Position numbers and translations under genes: made by a program | Shown here: in pieces, positions 1 through 9,855 of the stretch | Layout: every line of letters begins with the position of its first letter | How positions within the stretch are numbered: position 1 is the stretch's first letter | DNA from: Rhodospirillaceae bacterium | GTDB taxonomy: Bacteria > Pseudomonadota > Alphaproteobacteria > UBA6615 | Direction of reading: 5' to 3' | Assembly: GCA_002713365.1 (NCBI GenBank) | Contig: PASR01000011.1 | Coordinates: 342,110 to 406,109, forward strand | Length of the DNA stretch: 64,000 nt | The notes under the pieces: model-generated | Databases searched by the model: none | Seen by the model: only the letters and a program-made list of their open reading frames with translations | Told to the model about the DNA's origin: nothing

Positions 1-393
1 TCTAACATACCTGGAACAATAATATGGTGCATGTTTAATGCTCCAATTAAGTTGATTGAGATAATTTCATTCCAGAACGAAGGTTCAGTATCAATGAAGT
101 TAATCAATCTATCCCACCCTGCATTATTAACTAGTATATCTGTTGGACCAAAAGAGCTCTCTATTTCGTAAGTCGCTTCAACTATAGAATTATAGTCAGT
201 TATATCGACCTGTCTTGCTAGGGCTGTTCCACCTTTACGGTTTATTTCATCAGCTATTTCAATACCTTTTTCTTTGTTAATATCTAGTATACCCACCAAT
301 ATCCCTTCATCAGAAAATCGTTGACATATGGCTTGTCCGATAGCTCCACTGCCGCCAGTTATGATAGCTACTTTTTTTGAAAGTCCTCTCATT
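1..393 (-). CDS. Short-chain dehydrogenase/reductase (SDR), N-terminal part; 3' end lies beyond the window start
   Basis: Reverse-complement translation from ATG at 393 gives MRGLSKKVAIITGGSGAIGQA...LVNNAGW, with a TGxxxGxG Rossmann motif and the NNAG motif. The frame stays open to position 1. Not in the ORF track because it is truncated. Confidence 0.8.
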
Positions 394-574
394 ATCTTTC
401 TACCTCTTTTGAATTTATTTAAAATTGTAGCTGGCATTAGCATTTAATAATAGATTTATGCTGTATTTTATAATGCTATAAAAAGGAGCTAATCATTTAT
501 AGTTATTTATATTTAGATATTTGCTGGAACATTTGATTATATCTATTATGATTATGCTGGTTTGAGAGGTAAAG

Positions 575-958
575 ATGACTATAACCAATGACAAACGTCC
601 ACCAGTGGCGGTTGGTCACGTACAATTACCGGTAAAAAATATTTCTAATGCGACGGATTTTTTAAAAAAAATTGGTTTAAGGCCAGTTTTTGAAAATAAA
701 AATATTGCTGTCCTTGAGCTTCGTGGGGGAACACATTTAATTTTAGAAAAGAAACGAATACAAGATAGGAAAGGAAAACAAGCTCCTGTTGACTTTATGG
801 TAGATAATTTAAAGGAAGCTCGTGATAAATATGCTAAAATTGGATTAAAACCCACGCCTATTAATAAAGGTAAGGTCCATAGTTCCTTCTATATTCCTGG
901 GCCTAGTGGTTGGGTTTTTAAAATTACATCTACGCACGTTACTAATTTACCTGTCTAA
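575..958 (+). CDS. VOC (glyoxalase/bleomycin resistance/dioxygenase) family protein
   Basis: 127 aa. SD GAGAGG lies upstream of the ATG. Size and the pattern VGHVQLPV...GGTHLIL fit a glyoxalase-fold protein. Confidence 0.65.
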   Translation: MTITNDKRPPVAVGHVQLPVKNISNATDFLKKIGLRPVFENKNIAVLELRGGTHLILEKKRIQDRKGKQAPVDFMVDNLKEARDKYAKIGLKPTPINKGKVHSSFYIPGPSGWVFKITSTHVTNLPV

Positions 959-1078
959 ATTTATGTTTTTTTTAACTAATGAAAGGATTTAGTTATTTCT
1001 ATAATTGGACACAAAGTAGGAACTTTCTCAGAAACAGATCTGACTGATCATCCTAAGTATAAAAGTAATTCAATAGGT

Positions 1079-1858
1079 ATGTCTTATGCGCCTTTCGTTA
1101 ATCGTCATGCCGGATCAGTTCATACGGGCTTCGGTGTTATGGAGTTGTCACCTAGTGGTTCAACTGAAGTTACCGCCCATGCATTTGAGAAAGGTATTTA
1201 TGTGATTGAAGGAACATTAGATGTGCTAAGAGATGGACTGCCTTATAGACTGTCAGCTGGAGATTATACTTTGATTACAACGGCAACTCCCCATGCTTTG
1301 AGAAATGGGGGAAATAAAAAAGTGAGCTGTGTGGTTGTTGAATCACCTCAACCCAAGTCGCCAGAAGGTTGGCAGGATACATGGTTCTACGGTGAAGCAG
1401 TATGGCCTAAAATAATTGAAGCACCAGACCTTAAAGATCCTCGTTTGATGGGAATTGGGCACTATAATGTTAATAATCAGCCACCTTCTTCTACAGTGAA
1501 TTCCTACCTTTATGGATTCTCAATGAAGATGTTGTTGGATAGTGAAGTTGGAGCTACTCATTTTCGTATGTTTATTATAAATTTTAGAGATGGTGGTTTA
1601 TGTGACCATCACGACCATCCCTTTGAAGAGACTTACTTTATGTTGGATGGTGAGATTGATTGTGTATTTGAGGGCAAGAAATATACTCTTAAAGCTGGAG
1701 ATTATGGATGGACTGGTGTCGGTAGCCAGCACGGTTTTTTTCCTAAAGAAGGTCAACCAGCAAGGTGGTTGGAAGTCCAGGTGCCACAGCCGCCTCGTAT
1801 GGGTGGACAAAGATGGTATTCTCAGTGGGATTATATAAATCAAATTCTTAAGATATAA
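1079..1858 (+). CDS. Bicupin (double cupin barrel) protein, possible dioxygenase
   Basis: 259 aa with two cupin-like beta-barrel segments (GSTEVTAHAFEKGIYVIEG...AGDY and HDHPFEETYFMLDGEIDCVFEGKKYTLKAGDY). Confidence 0.6.
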   Translation: MSYAPFVNRHAGSVHTGFGVMELSPSGSTEVTAHAFEKGIYVIEGTLDVLRDGLPYRLSAGDYTLITTATPHALRNGGNKKVSCVVVESPQPKSPEGWQDTWFYGEAVWPKIIEAPDLKDPRLMGIGHYNVNNQPPSSTVNSYLYGFSMKMLLDSEVGATHFRMFIINFRDGGLCDHHDHPFEETYFMLDGEIDCVFEGKKYTLKAGDYGWTGVGSQHGFFPKEGQPARWLEVQVPQPPRMGGQRWYSQWDYINQILKI

Positions 1859-1869
1859 GTTTATGGAGA

Positions 1870-2886
1870 GTGATTATGCTTACACTTCCTAGCCCCAGTG
1901 AGCGCATTCGTTTTAATGTTGAAAATGAACAGGTTCCAATATTAGATTTATTATCTTATTTAAACGGTGAATCAGGTGCAATTTATCAGGCGGCATCAGA
2001 CCTCCAATATATTCAAGAAAATCTCGGTTTTTATTACATTACCAATCACGGTGTATCATCAGAATTACTTACTAGAGCATTCGAAAAGGTAAAAATATTT
2101 TTTGATCTGCCTGAGGAAGAAAAAAGGAAAATTATTGTAAATAATCACCAGATTGGTTTTGTTCCTTCAAAAGCCAGCATCATGAAAACAGAACTTTCTG
2201 ACACTAATACAATGGCTGATCTTAACGAAGGGTTATCGCTGATGCGCGAAAGAAGTCCTGATGACCCGAAAGTTTTGGCTGGGGTACGTTTTTCTGGGCT
2301 GAACCAATGGCCGGCTGGGGTTCCTGGGTTAAAAGAGACTATTTTAGAGTATCATTATGAAATGGAAAAGTTAGCTAGTAGCCTTTTACCTCTATATGCA
2401 CTTGCCCTTGAAAAATCACCTAATTATTTTGATGAATATTTTGAGGATGCTCATTTTTATAACCGGAACTCCTTTTATCCAGCTACTAATCAATCAGATG
2501 GACACCAGGCATTAGGAGAACATACAGATCATAATTTTTTGGCTTTATTACCGATGTCGGAGGAGCCAGGCTTAATGTATGCTACACCATCAGGTAAATG
2601 GTGTGTGGCTCCAAAAAAGAATAATGCTATAGTTGTTAATACTGGTGAGTTTCTTAAAAGATGGAGTAATGGGCGTTTTTTGCCTACACCGCACAAAGTG
2701 GTTGTACCTAATCGTGATCGATATTCTTTAACTTTTCATTATAGTCCAAATGATGAAACACTAGCAGACCCGCTGGATACATGCGTGAGTTCAACTAATC
2801 CTCGCAAGTTTGAACCGAAAACGTTTCTTGAGCACATGACGGATTATATAGATGCAGTTTACATACCTCAAAAAGATTTGCTGTAA
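1870..2886 (+). CDS. 2-oxoglutarate/Fe(II)-dependent oxygenase (isopenicillin N synthase-like family)
   Basis: 338 aa. HTDHNFLALLP (HxD) and a distal His in LPTPHKVV. DIOX_N-like N-terminus. SD GGAGAG upstream; the true start may be the ATG at 1876. Confidence 0.75.
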   Translation: MIMLTLPSPSERIRFNVENEQVPILDLLSYLNGESGAIYQAASDLQYIQENLGFYYITNHGVSSELLTRAFEKVKIFFDLPEEEKRKIIVNNHQIGFVPSKASIMKTELSDTNTMADLNEGLSLMRERSPDDPKVLAGVRFSGLNQWPAGVPGLKETILEYHYEMEKLASSLLPLYALALEKSPNYFDEYFEDAHFYNRNSFYPATNQSDGHQALGEHTDHNFLALLPMSEEPGLMYATPSGKWCVAPKKNNAIVVNTGEFLKRWSNGRFLPTPHKVVVPNRDRYSLTFHYSPNDETLADPLDTCVSSTNPRKFEPKTFLEHMTDYIDAVYIPQKDLL

Positions 2887-2937
2887 AACTTAAATACTAT
2901 TTATCTAATATAATTTAATTATAAGTAAATAACTAAT

Positions 2938-4581
2938 ATGTACTGTACTGAGACAGAAGTAATTATTATAGGTGGAGGGCCGGTAGGTCTTATTATAGCC
3001 CTTGAGCTAGATCGACAGGGAATCAATTGTCTATTGGTCAATAATCAATTGCAAACTGCAGTCCATCCAAAGGCAAATGCTATAAACTCGAGATCTATGG
3101 AGCATTTTCGTAGGCACGGAATTGCTTCTAAGATAAGATCATCTGGATTGCCAAGTGATTACCCTACTGACGTGACTTATGTTACTAGATTGACTGGATA
3201 TGAGTTAGCTAGACTATCGATGCCATCTAGCAGTGAAGCTGTAAAACAAGCAAAACATTCAAATAGTATCTATGATTGTTCAGAACCTCCTCATAGATGT
3301 AGTCAAATATATCTTGAAAAAATACTATATGATGAAGTTTTAAATAGAAAACGAATTGATGTTCGATTTGGTCATGAATTTGAAGAGTTTAATGAGATTA
3401 ATGGAGGTGTAACTGCTAAAATTAGGGACTTATCTGCCAATACAAAATATAATGTAAGCGCTAAATATTTGATTGGAGCAGATGGTGGGCGAAGCAAGGT
3501 GCGTCGTCAATTGGGTATTGAGTACGAAGGTGAAGGAGGGGTTTTACGGCGCATGATGGGGGGGGCAATGCAGGCAACGTTTTTTTATGCTGAGCGCAAC
3601 GACCAATGGTTAAAATTAAAAGAATCGTGGCAATATTGGATAATTACTTCTGATCTGCGTGCTCTTCTAATGTCAGTTGATGGACGAAATAAATTTGTTT
3701 TACTCACGCGAATTCCTGATAGTAATAAAGCCAACACAATCGATGATAAAGATTTAATTTCTAGGGCTGCAGGAGTACCTGTAAAATCCAAAATATTGTT
3801 AAGACAACAATGGACAGCTGGTCATGCATTAATAGCCACATCATATGGAAGTAACAAAGTTTGGTTAGCAGGTGATTCAGCTCATTTATTTACTCCTACT
3901 GGGGGCTTAGGTATGAACACTGGTATTGACGACGGTGTAAATTTAGCCTGGAAACTTGCGGCTGTAATAAATGGTTGGGGTGGGCCAAACCTTCTTCAAA
4001 GTTATGAGAAAGATCGTCGACCAATAGGGATTCGTAACTTATCTTTTGCTACAGAGTTTGCAGAGTCGATTGGTTCGTTTGGCGTCTCTTCTAAGATTGA
4101 AGAAGATAGTGAAGCAGGCAAAGTTGAAAGAGATAAGCTAGGGTATCACCTGATTAATCACGGACAGCGTGAGTTTTTAATACCTGGTATTGTTCTGGGA
4201 GCTCGTTACGATAATTCATCGATCATATGGCAAGATAAGTCGTTACCAGTTCCTGATGAGCCATACAGTTATATATCTACTGCTCGACCTGGTTCTAGAG
4301 CTCCACATGTTTGGCTTAAGGATGGTTCAGCTATCTGTGACCACTTTGGCACAGGGTTTACCTTATTAAAATTTAATTCTGTTAAGTCAATTGATAGATT
4401 ATTCTTTGCCGCTAATAAATCTGGCGTTCCAATAAAATTATTTGACTGTAATGAAAATAATTTGAAAAGCCATTACGGTGCTGACCTAACATTAGTTGGC
4501 CCTGATGGGCATGTGGTATGGAGAGGAAATAAAATTCCTAATGAATGTAATAGCCTAATAGACCGCATTCGTGGGGTCTAG
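2938..4581 (+). CDS. FAD-dependent aromatic-ring monooxygenase (group A flavoprotein hydroxylase, PheA/TfdB/MhpA-like)
   Basis: 547 aa. IIGGGPVGL dinucleotide-binding motif, GADGGRSKVRRQLG, and the GD fingerprint GDSAHLFTPTGGLGMNTGIDDGVNLAWKL. Confidence 0.85.
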   Translation: MYCTETEVIIIGGGPVGLIIALELDRQGINCLLVNNQLQTAVHPKANAINSRSMEHFRRHGIASKIRSSGLPSDYPTDVTYVTRLTGYELARLSMPSSSEAVKQAKHSNSIYDCSEPPHRCSQIYLEKILYDEVLNRKRIDVRFGHEFEEFNEINGGVTAKIRDLSANTKYNVSAKYLIGADGGRSKVRRQLGIEYEGEGGVLRRMMGGAMQATFFYAERNDQWLKLKESWQYWIITSDLRALLMSVDGRNKFVLLTRIPDSNKANTIDDKDLISRAAGVPVKSKILLRQQWTAGHALIATSYGSNKVWLAGDSAHLFTPTGGLGMNTGIDDGVNLAWKLAAVINGWGGPNLLQSYEKDRRPIGIRNLSFATEFAESIGSFGVSSKIEEDSEAGKVERDKLGYHLINHGQREFLIPGIVLGARYDNSSIIWQDKSLPVPDEPYSYISTARPGSRAPHVWLKDGSAICDHFGTGFTLLKFNSVKSIDRLFFAANKSGVPIKLFDCNENNLKSHYGADLTLVGPDGHVVWRGNKIPNECNSLIDRIRGV

Positions 4582-5790
4582 GTTGGATCAATACGGTGTA
4601 TGCCTCGTGGTATGTCGTGCAAAGATACAACTCCATTCTCCGTAATCCTAACTGCTTCTCCGGTTTGAACACCAGCCTTTTGGTCCTTAGTAATGATATT
4701 GGGTTGAACCACCATGCACATTCCTGGCTCTAGAGTTAAATTAGGTATTGGACCAGCAGGACGACTTTTACAGCCTAAAATTGGTTGTAAATAACCACCA
4801 CCATAACCATGAACTAAATCATCATAAATAGTAAAACCAGATTCTTCTATTATTGATGATGCATCAAATATATCTTGAGCTGTCGCACCCGGCTTTAGTA
4901 TTGCCATTATAGAATCAAATGTAGCTTCAGCCGTTATATGAAGATCTTTATATAGTGAATTTGGATCATCTCCTACTGTAAATGTTCTTAGTATTTGTCC
5001 TGAATAGTCCCAGAAATCAGAACTAATTTCCGTAAAGCCGATATCTCCATTACTTATTTGACGAGTCAATGGCCATTGACGAGGTACGCAGCAATCAGGG
5101 TTATCCATATTGGTAACCCCAAAAAAATGAATGAGGTTAGTTGCCCCAAAAGGAAGGTATGCTCTTTCGACATAGTCTCCCAAGTTGCGTTCATTATCAC
5201 CTATTCTTATATTTTTTAATACAGATTCGTAAGATAAATCACTTAACACTGCACCTATTTTTAACCATTCGAATTCTTCTTCGGACTTGATCATCCTTGA
5301 ATTACTATAGTCACGGTTTAGATCAATTATTTCGGACGTATTCTCTTCCAATATACGGTAGGGACCCATTGATAAGGGTCCTATAACGCCTACTCGGGGA
5401 TTTATTTTTCCTCGTTTCTTCATGGCTAGTATTGCGGTCTCTATAGAAGAATCGTTACCTGCTTTCACGTCAGTTTCATAAGCAATTAGGCTGGCTTGCG
5501 GAACGTGGTTATAAAATTGAACACACATCGTAGGTTTGTGCTCTAACGTAAAAACAATTGCAGCCTCGGCTGTTACCGGCCATCCTGTAAAAAAACATAC
5601 TGCATTTCCAGCCCAATAAGCTCCATATATTAGAATATGATCAAGATCATATTCTTTAATCCACTTATTTATGAAATCACGTCGTCGATTCATCTCTTCA
5701 TTTGAAAAACGTGGGAATTCTTGGTTGATAATTTCCCACTGTGAAGGCGTTAGGCGATTTTTGAGAACAGTAATATTATCTCTGGTCATA
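4578..5790 (-). CDS. M24 family metallopeptidase / creatinase-like hydrolase
   Basis: Creatinase-type N-terminal domain followed by a pita-bread C-terminal domain. The track start at 5831 is TTG with no SD. The in-frame ATG at 5790 (MTRDNITV...) has SD GGAGA 8 nt upstream. The stop overlaps the stop of the convergent monooxygenase gene (CTAG, 4578-4581). Confidence 0.7.
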
Positions 5791-6062
5791 CTTAAATCTC
5801 CGACTTTTCTATTAATTATAGAATTCCTCAAATTTTAAATATATTTAGTTGCATTTTCGTTAAATATTGCAAGTATACCTAATAGTAGCTGAGGCAATTT
5901 ACAAAAATATTTCTGAAAAAAAATTATATATAGAACTGTTTAGGTCAGCCTACACCATAAGCGCTAGATATAAAAATGCTATCCAGCACCTTAAGAAGGC
6001 TTTGTGCCTATGGGTTGGGAACGGTGTAATTAGATTATTAAACCTACTTTTATAAACAGAGC

Positions 6063-6248
6063 CTAAAGTCCACTCCGCCACGTTCCCGACGATTTGCAGC
6101 GTTTACAAACACGCTCGCCCGACCACTCACTACTGAATTGCTCTCTGCATTTCAAGCAAAGGCGTGTCATTGGTTCCTCTGCGCGCTGCAAAGATCCAGA
6201 AATAAAATCGTCTTCGACCTGAGTATCGATATTTTTTGTGTCATCCAT
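6063..6248 (-). CDS. Small zinc-ribbon protein (hypothetical)
   Basis: 61 aa. C-x2-C-x13-C-x2-C (CLKCREQFSSEWSGERVCKRC) after an acidic N-terminus. No clear SD. Confidence 0.35.
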   Translation of the reverse strand: MDDTKNIDTQVEDDFISGSLQRAEEPMTRLCLKCREQFSSEWSGERVCKRCKSSGTWRSGL

Positions 6249-6556
6249 AATTAGATTTATTAACTCATTAGTTTCATTATCTCACCGTTCTCCAAACAAG
6301 GCCAGGTAACGGCTTATAATGATTTTCTCTTCCCTAAAGATAAGGACTTTACGCTCTATTTATTGTCTTTTAAAGACAGTGACGTAAATAACCTCTCTCA
6401 TATTCAAATAGGTATTATGACATACGAGTCAAGCCCTAGATGATTTTCTATTTAGAAATACAAGCTATAATAGTTATTTTCATATGTTTCGTTGGTCCTT
6501 CTATATATATATAAAGTATTTTAAGTAAAGATAAATTTTTTATGGGGGTTTTATGA

Positions 6557-7462
6557 ATGGAAATATTTCTAACTGGTGCGACTGGTTATATTGGCGGGAC
6601 TGTAGACCATAAATTAATAGAAGCAGGCCATAAAGTAATAGGATTAGCAAGAAATGAAAGTAGGGCTAAGCTTTTAGAAAAAAGGGGTATTATTCCCCGC
6701 ATAGGAACTCTGGAGAATTTAGAGGTCTTGGATGAGAATGCTCGATCTTCAGACGCTGTTATTAATGCTGCTGATGCTGATAATCCATTTTCAGCCAGAG
6801 TGCTGGTTGATGCATTACGTGGTACTGGGAAAAAGTACATCCAAACTAGTGGTACTAGTATAGTTTCTGATAACGCTTGCGGCGAAGAAAACGATGTTAT
6901 TTATAATGAGGATATTCCTATTAGTGCTCTGCCAGAAAAAGCTGGAAGAATAGCTACTGATCGTATGATACTGGATGCAGCCAATGATGGTGTGCATTCT
7001 ATTATAATATGCCCTTGCCTTATTTACGGACAGGGACTTGGGGTAAGGCCTCATAGTCCACAAATACCTACTTTTATAGAACTAGCTAAATCATCCGGCA
7101 TACCGCGACACATAGGCAAAGGACAAAATATTTGGTCTAATGTATTTATAGAGGATTGTGCGGATGCATATTGCTTAGCTTTAAACGAAGCTCCTTCAGG
7201 TTCATTTTTCTATATTGAGTCAGGTGAGGCATCAATGATCGAAGTTAATAAATCGGTTGGTAGAATGCTCAACTTAAGTAGTGCAACAGAAACGTTTCCT
7301 ATGTATGAGGCAATTCGGGAATGGGGACCAGCCATGGCATATGCGATGAGCTCTAATGTTCGAGTTAATGCTGATAAGGCCCGGGCTTTAATAGGTTGGC
7401 AACCAAAAGGGCCCTCTATATTCGATGATATCGAAAATGGTTCATACCGAGTTTATATCTAG
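6557..7462 (+). CDS. NAD(P)-binding epimerase/dehydratase-like atypical SDR
   Basis: 301 aa. N-terminal LTGATGYIGG Rossmann motif. SD-like GGGGG sits upstream. Confidence 0.75.
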   Translation: MEIFLTGATGYIGGTVDHKLIEAGHKVIGLARNESRAKLLEKRGIIPRIGTLENLEVLDENARSSDAVINAADADNPFSARVLVDALRGTGKKYIQTSGTSIVSDNACGEENDVIYNEDIPISALPEKAGRIATDRMILDAANDGVHSIIICPCLIYGQGLGVRPHSPQIPTFIELAKSSGIPRHIGKGQNIWSNVFIEDCADAYCLALNEAPSGSFFYIESGEASMIEVNKSVGRMLNLSSATETFPMYEAIREWGPAMAYAMSSNVRVNADKARALIGWQPKGPSIFDDIENGSYRVYI

Positions 7463-7505
7463 TGTACATGCGTTTGTGCTTAATAAATATAAAAATTGTT
7501 AGCTC

Positions 7506-8537
7506 ATGAAAAGCCATAATTCATTTTTAAAGAGGTTATATAACCCATTTTTAATTATATTTATTTTGATTGGGTTAGCCGCATTTTTGATTGGAGTTAT
7601 AACAGGAGTTCAGAGCCGTATACCTGTGTTGGAATCCTCTCTGATTGAAACAAAAGATAGAGTCAAATCGTTAGAAATTAGTATACGTGATCTTAATATA
7701 GAGCTTTCTAATTCGTTAAAGTCTCAAGAATTTCTGAATAAAACTCTTAATGAAGAACGAGATACAGCAAAAAAAGATGCTCTTAATTCAAAAAGTACTA
7801 TTACCAAACTTCATTTAGAGCTATCGGAAAGTATAGCTAATAATAAGTTAGAACAAAATAAAATATTTTTAATTACTGGGGAGATGATAAAACTAAAAAA
7901 TAAATTAGCTATCCTTAGCAACGAATTAGAAGCCTCTGAGATAAAAAGAAAATTAACCCAGAATAAATTAGAAAATGAGTTGGTTACATTATCCCTTAAG
8001 TTATCTGAAGCTATATCCAAAAATGTTAAGATAGAAGATGATGCAAAGTTAGAGCGTATCGCCGCAAGAAATAGATCTTTAGAACTGAAGAAAATAATAA
8101 GTAAGTTACGTTTTGATATTAAGAAATATAAACTGACTGAGCCAGAAGTGGGAATTATTAAAAAGGGATCAGAAAATAAAAATAATAATGAAGTTACAGA
8201 TGTTTTTTCAAAGTCATCTCCGCTACTTGTTGGACCTATTAGGCAAGGTATAGAGGCCTATAATCGTTCTGATTATGTAAAGGCCTATGAGATTTGGTTG
8301 CCTCTAGCTTTAGATGGATCTAAAAGAGCTCAGTTTTTTATTGGTGCTTTATATTTTGAAGGCCGCGGAGTTAAACAAAATATTATTAGATCTTACTTAT
8401 GGTTACATAGAGCTAATGAAAGTGGAGATAAAGCGGCTCCAGTATTAATTGGGAGACTTAAAAAAATAATGTCTCCAGCAGAACTAAATGAAGTGCAGCG
8501 TAGAATTATAACTAAAGATAGTCTTCCTATAAAATAG
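7506..8537 (+). CDS. Membrane-anchored coiled-coil protein with C-terminal Sel1-like repeats
   Basis: 343 aa. N-terminal TM helix (FLIIFILIGLAAFLIGVI), about 200 aa of K/E/L/N-rich heptad-like sequence, then two Sel1-type repeats (AYEIWLPLALDGSKRAQFFIGALYFEGRGVKQN...). The gene is visibly AT-richer than its neighbours. Confidence 0.6.
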   Translation: MKSHNSFLKRLYNPFLIIFILIGLAAFLIGVITGVQSRIPVLESSLIETKDRVKSLEISIRDLNIELSNSLKSQEFLNKTLNEERDTAKKDALNSKSTITKLHLELSESIANNKLEQNKIFLITGEMIKLKNKLAILSNELEASEIKRKLTQNKLENELVTLSLKLSEAISKNVKIEDDAKLERIAARNRSLELKKIISKLRFDIKKYKLTEPEVGIIKKGSENKNNNEVTDVFSKSSPLLVGPIRQGIEAYNRSDYVKAYEIWLPLALDGSKRAQFFIGALYFEGRGVKQNIIRSYLWLHRANESGDKAAPVLIGRLKKIMSPAELNEVQRRIITKDSLPIK

Positions 8538-8608
8538 TTTTGATTTATTAAGTGCCGATTGACTATCAACAATATAATAAATTTATTTTAATAAATAGGG
8601 AATTAAAT

Positions 8609-8935
8609 ATGCTTTATGAACTTAGAATATACAATTGTTTTCCGGGACGACTGCCTGATCTTTTAAATAGGTTTGAAAACATAACAATTGAAATATGGGA
8701 AAAGCATGGAATTCGTCAGGCTGGATTTTGGACAACTTTAATTGGTGAAAATAATCAAACTTTATACTATATGCTGGAATGGGAATCTCTTGCTGATAGA
8801 GAAAAGAAATGGAATTCTTTTCAAAATGATCCTGAATGGCACAGTAAGAGAGCTGAAACAGAAAAGAATGGACCGCTTGTAGCTTCTCTATCAAACTCTA
8901 TTCTTCAACCAACAAATTTTTCATCTGTTAAATAA
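8609..8935 (+). CDS. NIPSNAP family protein
   Basis: MLYELRIY...GFW...YYMLEW...W pattern typical of NIPSNAP. The start was moved from 8552 to the in-frame ATG at 8609. Confidence 0.7.
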   Translation: MLYELRIYNCFPGRLPDLLNRFENITIEIWEKHGIRQAGFWTTLIGENNQTLYYMLEWESLADREKKWNSFQNDPEWHSKRAETEKNGPLVASLSNSILQPTNFSSVK

Positions 8936-8936
8936 A

Positions 8937-9173
8937 CTATAGACGTTTACGAACATAATTAGCGCCTAGCAGCCCTCCCACTATAGTGCATAATATTATT
9001 GAAGTAGTGGGGTTAAAAATTATATCAAAAAACCAACTGGGAGTGCAGCAATTTGGTTGAGTATGAAGTGCTCCCATTATAAGCAAAACTAGAAAGCTTA
9101 GTATGTTGGCAATAATAAAAGCTAATATTGCTGCACTTATGAAACCAATACTAAGCATTAAACGGTTTTTCAT
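8937..9173 (-). CDS. Small two-TM membrane protein (hypothetical)
   Basis: 78 aa, two hydrophobic helices, weak SD AAAGAG. Not antisense to any gene. Confidence 0.35.
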   Translation of the reverse strand: MKNRLMLSIGFISAAILAFIIANILSFLVLLIMGALHTQPNCCTPSWFFDIIFNPTTSIILCTIVGGLLGANYVRKRL

Positions 9174-9399
9174 ATGATATGGCTCTTTATTTCAAGACTT
9201 TATCTAGATTGCTTGGGTTTCTTTCATAAATATCTTTGTAGGAGCTTTTAGCGCTAGTATTTAAATTATCCAAATTAATTTAAAAAAATTAATAAAGTAA
9301 AGTTAGGAATTATAAAATGAAAGCAGCTGTTGTTATTGAAAACAGACTGACTATTATTGTTTACTTTGTAAATCAGATAAGCATATGGAGATCTAGCAA

Positions 9400-9828
9400 A
9401 TGAAAATAAACTCAATCCATCCAGACCCCAGTCAAGCTGATAAACTTCCTTATTCACCATCTGTTTATATTCAAGGTGGTGGTGACTTGCTATTTATATC
9501 TGGTTCTACAGCGATACCTCTCTATCACTCGCACCCTCATGTGCATGAGGAACACATTCTACCAGATGATATACGTGAACAAACGCGGAGGGCTATGGAT
9601 GATATTAAACTCTCACTAGATGCGTGTAATATAGATTGGAACAATGTTGTAAAAGTAACTAAGTATCTTACAGATATGCGCGAAGCTGATGCTATGCACG
9701 AAGTGATGGGAGAATATTTTGGGGATTGGAAACCTGCAAGCACTATGGTTTGCATAAATAACCTAAGTTCGCCAGGCGCTAGGGTTGAAATAGATATGAT
9801 AGCTATGGTTCCTCATAACAAAGATTAA
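9400..9828 (+). CDS. ridA: RidA/YjgF/TdcF family (reactive intermediate deaminase)
   Basis: 142 aa. Conserved YjgF-family pattern (SPSVYIQGGGDLLFISG ... VKVTKYLTDM ... PASTMVCI...ARVEIDMIA). Confidence 0.8.
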   Translation: MKINSIHPDPSQADKLPYSPSVYIQGGGDLLFISGSTAIPLYHSHPHVHEEHILPDDIREQTRRAMDDIKLSLDACNIDWNNVVKVTKYLTDMREADAMHEVMGEYFGDWKPASTMVCINNLSSPGARVEIDMIAMVPHNKD

Positions 9829-9855
9829 ACACTCGATATTTAGGAAGCTCTCAAT

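Noticed and set aside
616-855. 79-aa minus-strand ORF
   Set aside because: Entirely antisense within the VOC gene. No SD.
1590-1843. Two overlapping ~80-aa ORFs (plus and minus strand)
   Set aside because: Nested inside or antisense to the bicupin gene, in alternative frames.
5867-6055. 62-aa plus-strand ORF
   Set aside because: Lies in an AT-rich intergenic spacer. Low-complexity, no SD and no recognisable motif.
6586-7063. Two ~83-aa minus-strand ORFs
   Set aside because: Antisense within the epimerase-like gene.
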